A stretch of 40,139 nucleotides of DNA from a virus. Each line of letters begins with the position of its first letter. The stretch's first letter is position 1. The stretch is from the UHGV virus genome UHGV-0205097, one strand, 5' to 3'. Both the position numbers and the translations under genes were made by a program. Of this stretch, positions 37,361-40,139 are shown piece by piece. The notes beneath the pieces were generated by a model. That model did not search any database. It saw only the letters and a program-made list of their open reading frames with translations, and was not told where the DNA came from.

Positions 37361-38002
37361 TCAGATGCAGAAAGCAGGGGCTACGCCGCTCGAGTGGTTC
37401 GCATTGCTGCCGCTGCTGTTGCCGTTGCTGTTGACAGTGCGGAAATAGCTGCCGTTGTAGATACTCGGCGACCGCTCCCACCACCAAGCAGTTCCATAAC
37501 CCTCGCGTTCTTTCACTCGGCTTCGCTCCGTTCCGAATATGTCTATCTGGCTGTCTTCCGGCTCTATCGCTTCGTAGTTTGTGTCTTTCCCGAACACCTG
37601 TGTTTTCGAAAGCAGAAACAGCTTGTCCTCTGTCTCTCGTCTTTTGCCGTCCCATACCTGCACTATCTTCGTCGGCTTGATTACCTTCTTTAATCCGTCC
37701 GGCAGAAGCTCTATCACTTCTTCGTTGAGATATTTTCGCATAGCGCTTTCTTCCCATCCGCCTTTGTTCGTCCAGCCCTTGTTCATTGGCTTTGTCTCTT
37801 TCAAGCAGTTATGCATTATAAAGTATATCTTGCCGCTCTCGTCTTTTCCTATATCAAAGCTCACTTCCTCACCGTTTTTCAGCGTTACGGGAATATTATC
37901 TCCGCTTTTCAACACCTCGCCGAGCTTTCCAGCTTCCGAAAGTACTTTAAGCTCTTCCCAAGAAATCCATTTTATTTCCGTTGTTATAACTTTAATTTTC
38001 AT
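37361..38002 (-). CDS. DUF6273-like / C-type-lectin-fold protein with DGR-type variable region
   Basis: NKGGWEESAMRKYLN, DKLFLLS..QVFG, WWWERSP..GVAPAFCI; the C-terminus is rich in AAC/NNC codons. Confidence 0.78.
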   Translation of the reverse strand: MKIKVITTEIKWISWEELKVLSEAGKLGEVLKSGDNIPVTLKNGEEVSFDIGKDESGKIYFIMHNCLKETKPMNKGWTNKGGWEESAMRKYLNEEVIELLPDGLKKVIKPTKIVQVWDGKRRETEDKLFLLSKTQVFGKDTNYEAIEPEDSQIDIFGTERSRVKEREGYGTAWWWERSPSIYNGSYFRTVNSNGNSSGSNANHSSGVAPAFCI

Positions 38003-38202
38003 TTTTTCCTCCCTCTTGCTAACATTACCCGTCTTATAGAGTCGCTATCAGCTTCACGATTTACTTTTTCGGCAAACTTGCGGACATTGGCTTGCTCGTT
38101 GTAATTTGTCTTCCACTGGATGTAATCTTTACAATTTGCGTGACAAGTGGCGTGTCTGTCGCGACAACCTTTACAAGGCGTGTCTTTATTTGGTCCGGCC
38201 AT
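37999..38202 (-). CDS. Small Cys-rich hypothetical protein
   Basis: PCKGCRDRHATCHANCKDYIQWK; AAGGAGG RBS. Confidence 0.7.
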   Translation of the reverse strand: MAGPNKDTPCKGCRDRHATCHANCKDYIQWKTNYNEQANVRKFAEKVNREADSDSIRRVMLARGRKK

Positions 38203-38206
38203 TGTT

Positions 38207-38491
38207 TTAGCTACCTCCTTTATATTTGTAATCCTCAGGCTTGATCAACCCGCCGCGCGATAGCGCAGTTACGTAATTTGTGACCCGGACTTGCGCAAAC
38301 CTTAACTCCTGCCACGATGAAGATGTACGCACCGCATCAGCGTAGTAAGAACACAATGTTAGATATTTATCTTCCAAGCTCTTACCTTTCATAGACTTGC
38401 GAACCTCCTGCCATTTTATATCTTTAACAGCGTGTCTAACCTCTTCAGCTGATACGTGTCCAAAGTAAAGTAATTTCCAATTAGGTTTCAT
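38207..38491 (-). CDS. Hypothetical protein
   Basis: 94-aa ORF with AGGAG RBS. Confidence 0.65.
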   Translation of the reverse strand: MKPNWKLLYFGHVSAEEVRHAVKDIKWQEVRKSMKGKSLEDKYLTLCSYYADAVRTSSSWQELRFAQVRVTNYVTALSRGGLIKPEDYKYKGGS

Positions 38492-38493
38492 TT

Positions 38494-38796
38494 TTATCTC
38501 CTATCGTTTGTGCAAGTGTACGCGAAGAATTTTACGCCGTCAAACGTAAAACTTATTTTACGGTCAAAATTCTTATTATCAGTTTGCTTATCTTCAAGAA
38601 TTACGTGCCCCGGATCAAGTGCACTCGCTTCATCAAAAAGCTTGTACAACGATTTAATAAGGTAAACGTGAACCCTTGGTCCTTCATTGTGAAAATGTGA
38701 TACGTTACAAATTCCTCCTTCAATTGAAGCATTGAGTTGTTCTTCTGTAGCGTATATTTGTTTTGCAAGTAATGTAAGTTGTTTAATGTTATTCAT
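38494..38796 (-). CDS. Hypothetical protein
   Basis: 100-aa ORF with AAGGAG RBS. Confidence 0.65.
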   Translation of the reverse strand: MNNIKQLTLLAKQIYATEEQLNASIEGGICNVSHFHNEGPRVHVYLIKSLYKLFDEASALDPGHVILEDKQTDNKNFDRKISFTFDGVKFFAYTCTNDRR

Positions 38797-38978
38797 TTGT
38801 TTCTCCTTTTCGTTATCGAACGATTGAAATGTTCACCCATTCGTTCAAGTTCAATATTGCCGAATATGACTTGCGATAACGCACTTGTTGTAACATTCAG
38901 CCAGTTTAGTTTCTTGCGAGCCTCTTCGGCTTCGCGTTCTTGCTCAGCTTTTAGCCGCCGAGCTTCTTCCTGTTTCAT
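38793..38978 (-). CDS. Hypothetical protein (short, charged)
   Basis: MKQEEARR..; fills the gap in the operon and its stop overlaps the next ATG. Confidence 0.45.
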   Translation of the reverse strand: MKQEEARRLKAEQEREAEEARKKLNWLNVTTSALSQVIFGNIELERMGEHFNRSITKRRNK

Positions 38979-38988
38979 TTTGAATTTT

Positions 38989-39387
38989 TCACCACGAGTC
39001 GATATCAATTTTCAAATCCTCCAAGTTAATATGTTTATTTTCGATTAAGAACGGTACTCCGTCGCCTACTCTTCCTTCAAGTGCGCGATCGACTTGACCA
39101 ATATGGTCTTCAATCCAATCTGGATTAACCCCACATTTAATCAAATGTTCGCAAGTCATTTGAATTCCTCTAAGCAAAGTGTATCGCTCCACATCTAACG
39201 CGTGCGCCTTCTTGACAAGCGCGCTTGTACGTTTCTTTGGTACGTAATCCGACCCGTGAATTTCACGTGCTTTCTTGAGCTCATAATTTGCGTGATATCC
39301 ATATTCTTTCTTCCGCGCTAAATCCAAGAGCTGTTGTTTACCGTAATCGTATTCCAATGTTAATTTGTCAACCAATGTTAACGACAA
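38989..39387 (-). CDS. Hypothetical early protein
   Basis: First gene after the promoter; GAAAGGATG RBS, TTG start. Confidence 0.65.
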   Translation of the reverse strand: MSLTLVDKLTLEYDYGKQQLLDLARKKEYGYHANYELKKAREIHGSDYVPKKRTSALVKKAHALDVERYTLLRGIQMTCEHLIKCGVNPDWIEDHIGQVDRALEGRVGDGVPFLIENKHINLEDLKIDIDSW

Positions 39388-39406
39388 TCAAATCACATCC
39401 TTTCTA

Positions 39407-39441
39407 ATTATATTATATAACAAGGTACAGGTCAATTGCAA
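39407..39441 (-). promoter_or_regulatory. Sigma-70-type early promoter
   Basis: TTGACC-17-TATAAT, or alternatively TTGCAA-18-TATAAT, on the minus strand. Confidence 0.7.
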
Positions 39442-40139
39442 CCCTTTTCAAAATTTATTTTTGTTACTCACATAGCGGCGTGAATTGAACACGCGTGTGA
39501 AGCGATGAGCGATGAGTTGGCAAGGAGCGCGAACGCGCGCGCAGAGCTTGCGGAAAATAGGGGGCGCCGGGCTTTAAGGGGGCCGCTTTAGCGGTTGTGC
39601 AAAAGAGAGGAGAGCGGCGAGGAGTGAGCGGCGAAGGTGGTTGTAGAGAGGCAAATGATGAAAAGAGCGAGGCAAGGAAGAGCTTATTTAATAAATAATT
39701 AAATGAGTCATATATTCGCGGGGAAAAGCTAAAAACAACGGTTAAAATTCAAAATGACCGCATATTTCAGTCATCTGTAAGGATTAAATGCGATTTTTAC
39801 CATACTTTTTAGCTTTTTTTCATATATTTAGTTAGTAAAAACGTACAACCTTCATAAAAAATTCATATTTATAAGTGAAAATTTACATATATATGACTTT
39901 TTCTAAAAACCACTAAATAAGGGGTTTTTTACAGATAATAATAGAGAGAGAAAAATAGGAATGATATTAGTCATATATATAGAAAAAGAGAGATATAAAT
40001 AGATATTTTTAAGCGGCTGGCCAAAATTTTGTAACTAATAGGTGAAACTCACAACAATTACCGGGTAATAATTGTATTTCCGTTGTGATTTTAGCTAAAC
40101 CAGCATCGGACCTGTAAATAATATACGTTCCAACGCGCT

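Noticed and set aside
37326..37757. Alternative-frame ORFs (143 aa and 115 aa) over the DUF6273-like gene
   Set aside because: By-products of the GC-rich, AAC/AGC-repetitive variable region.
39470..39545. Second tRNA gene or attP site
   Set aside because: Only a T-arm-like hairpin is present, with no matching acceptor or D arm, and no integrase in the window.
1..40139. Alternative genetic code or terminal repeat
   Set aside because: TAA, TAG and TGA all end genes normally with dense coding under code 11; I saw no overlap between the two window ends.

Overview
The window is an apparently near-complete ~40 kb tailed-phage (siphovirus-type) genome. Its sigma-70 promoters and AGGAGG RBSs point to a low-GC Gram-positive (Bacillota-like) host; this host call is inference. 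No integrase or repressor is visible, so it may be lytic. The + strand arm (1.6-22.2 kb) carries terminase, portal, scaffold, capsid, head-tail, tail and tape-measure genes, an FN3/Hint tail-fibre module, a lysis region with a papain-like C1 peptidase plus holins, and a separately promoted five-gene accessory cassette. The - strand arm (22.4-39.4 kb) carries early and replication genes: Cas4-like nuclease, Sak4-like ATPase, SSB, a primase-MCM fusion, a YhhQ / MazG / DUF3310 / TGT-like cluster, a family A DNA polymerase split by two HNH-carrying group I introns, SNF2 helicase and RuvC-like resolvase. Most unusual observations: (1) FN3-like domains split between consecutive tail genes, suggesting strand-complementation assembly, beside a Hint domain lacking a +1 nucleophile; (2) a salvage-only 7-deazaguanine-type cluster next to polA; (3) strong genome-wide excess of (A)CTTGCG and (A)CTTGACC words, with two paralogous HTH-like proteins as candidate readers; (4) a tRNA-like RNA with a non-canonical anticodon arm; (5) an orphan DGR-type variable region. 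All calls come from reading motifs by eye; no searches were run.
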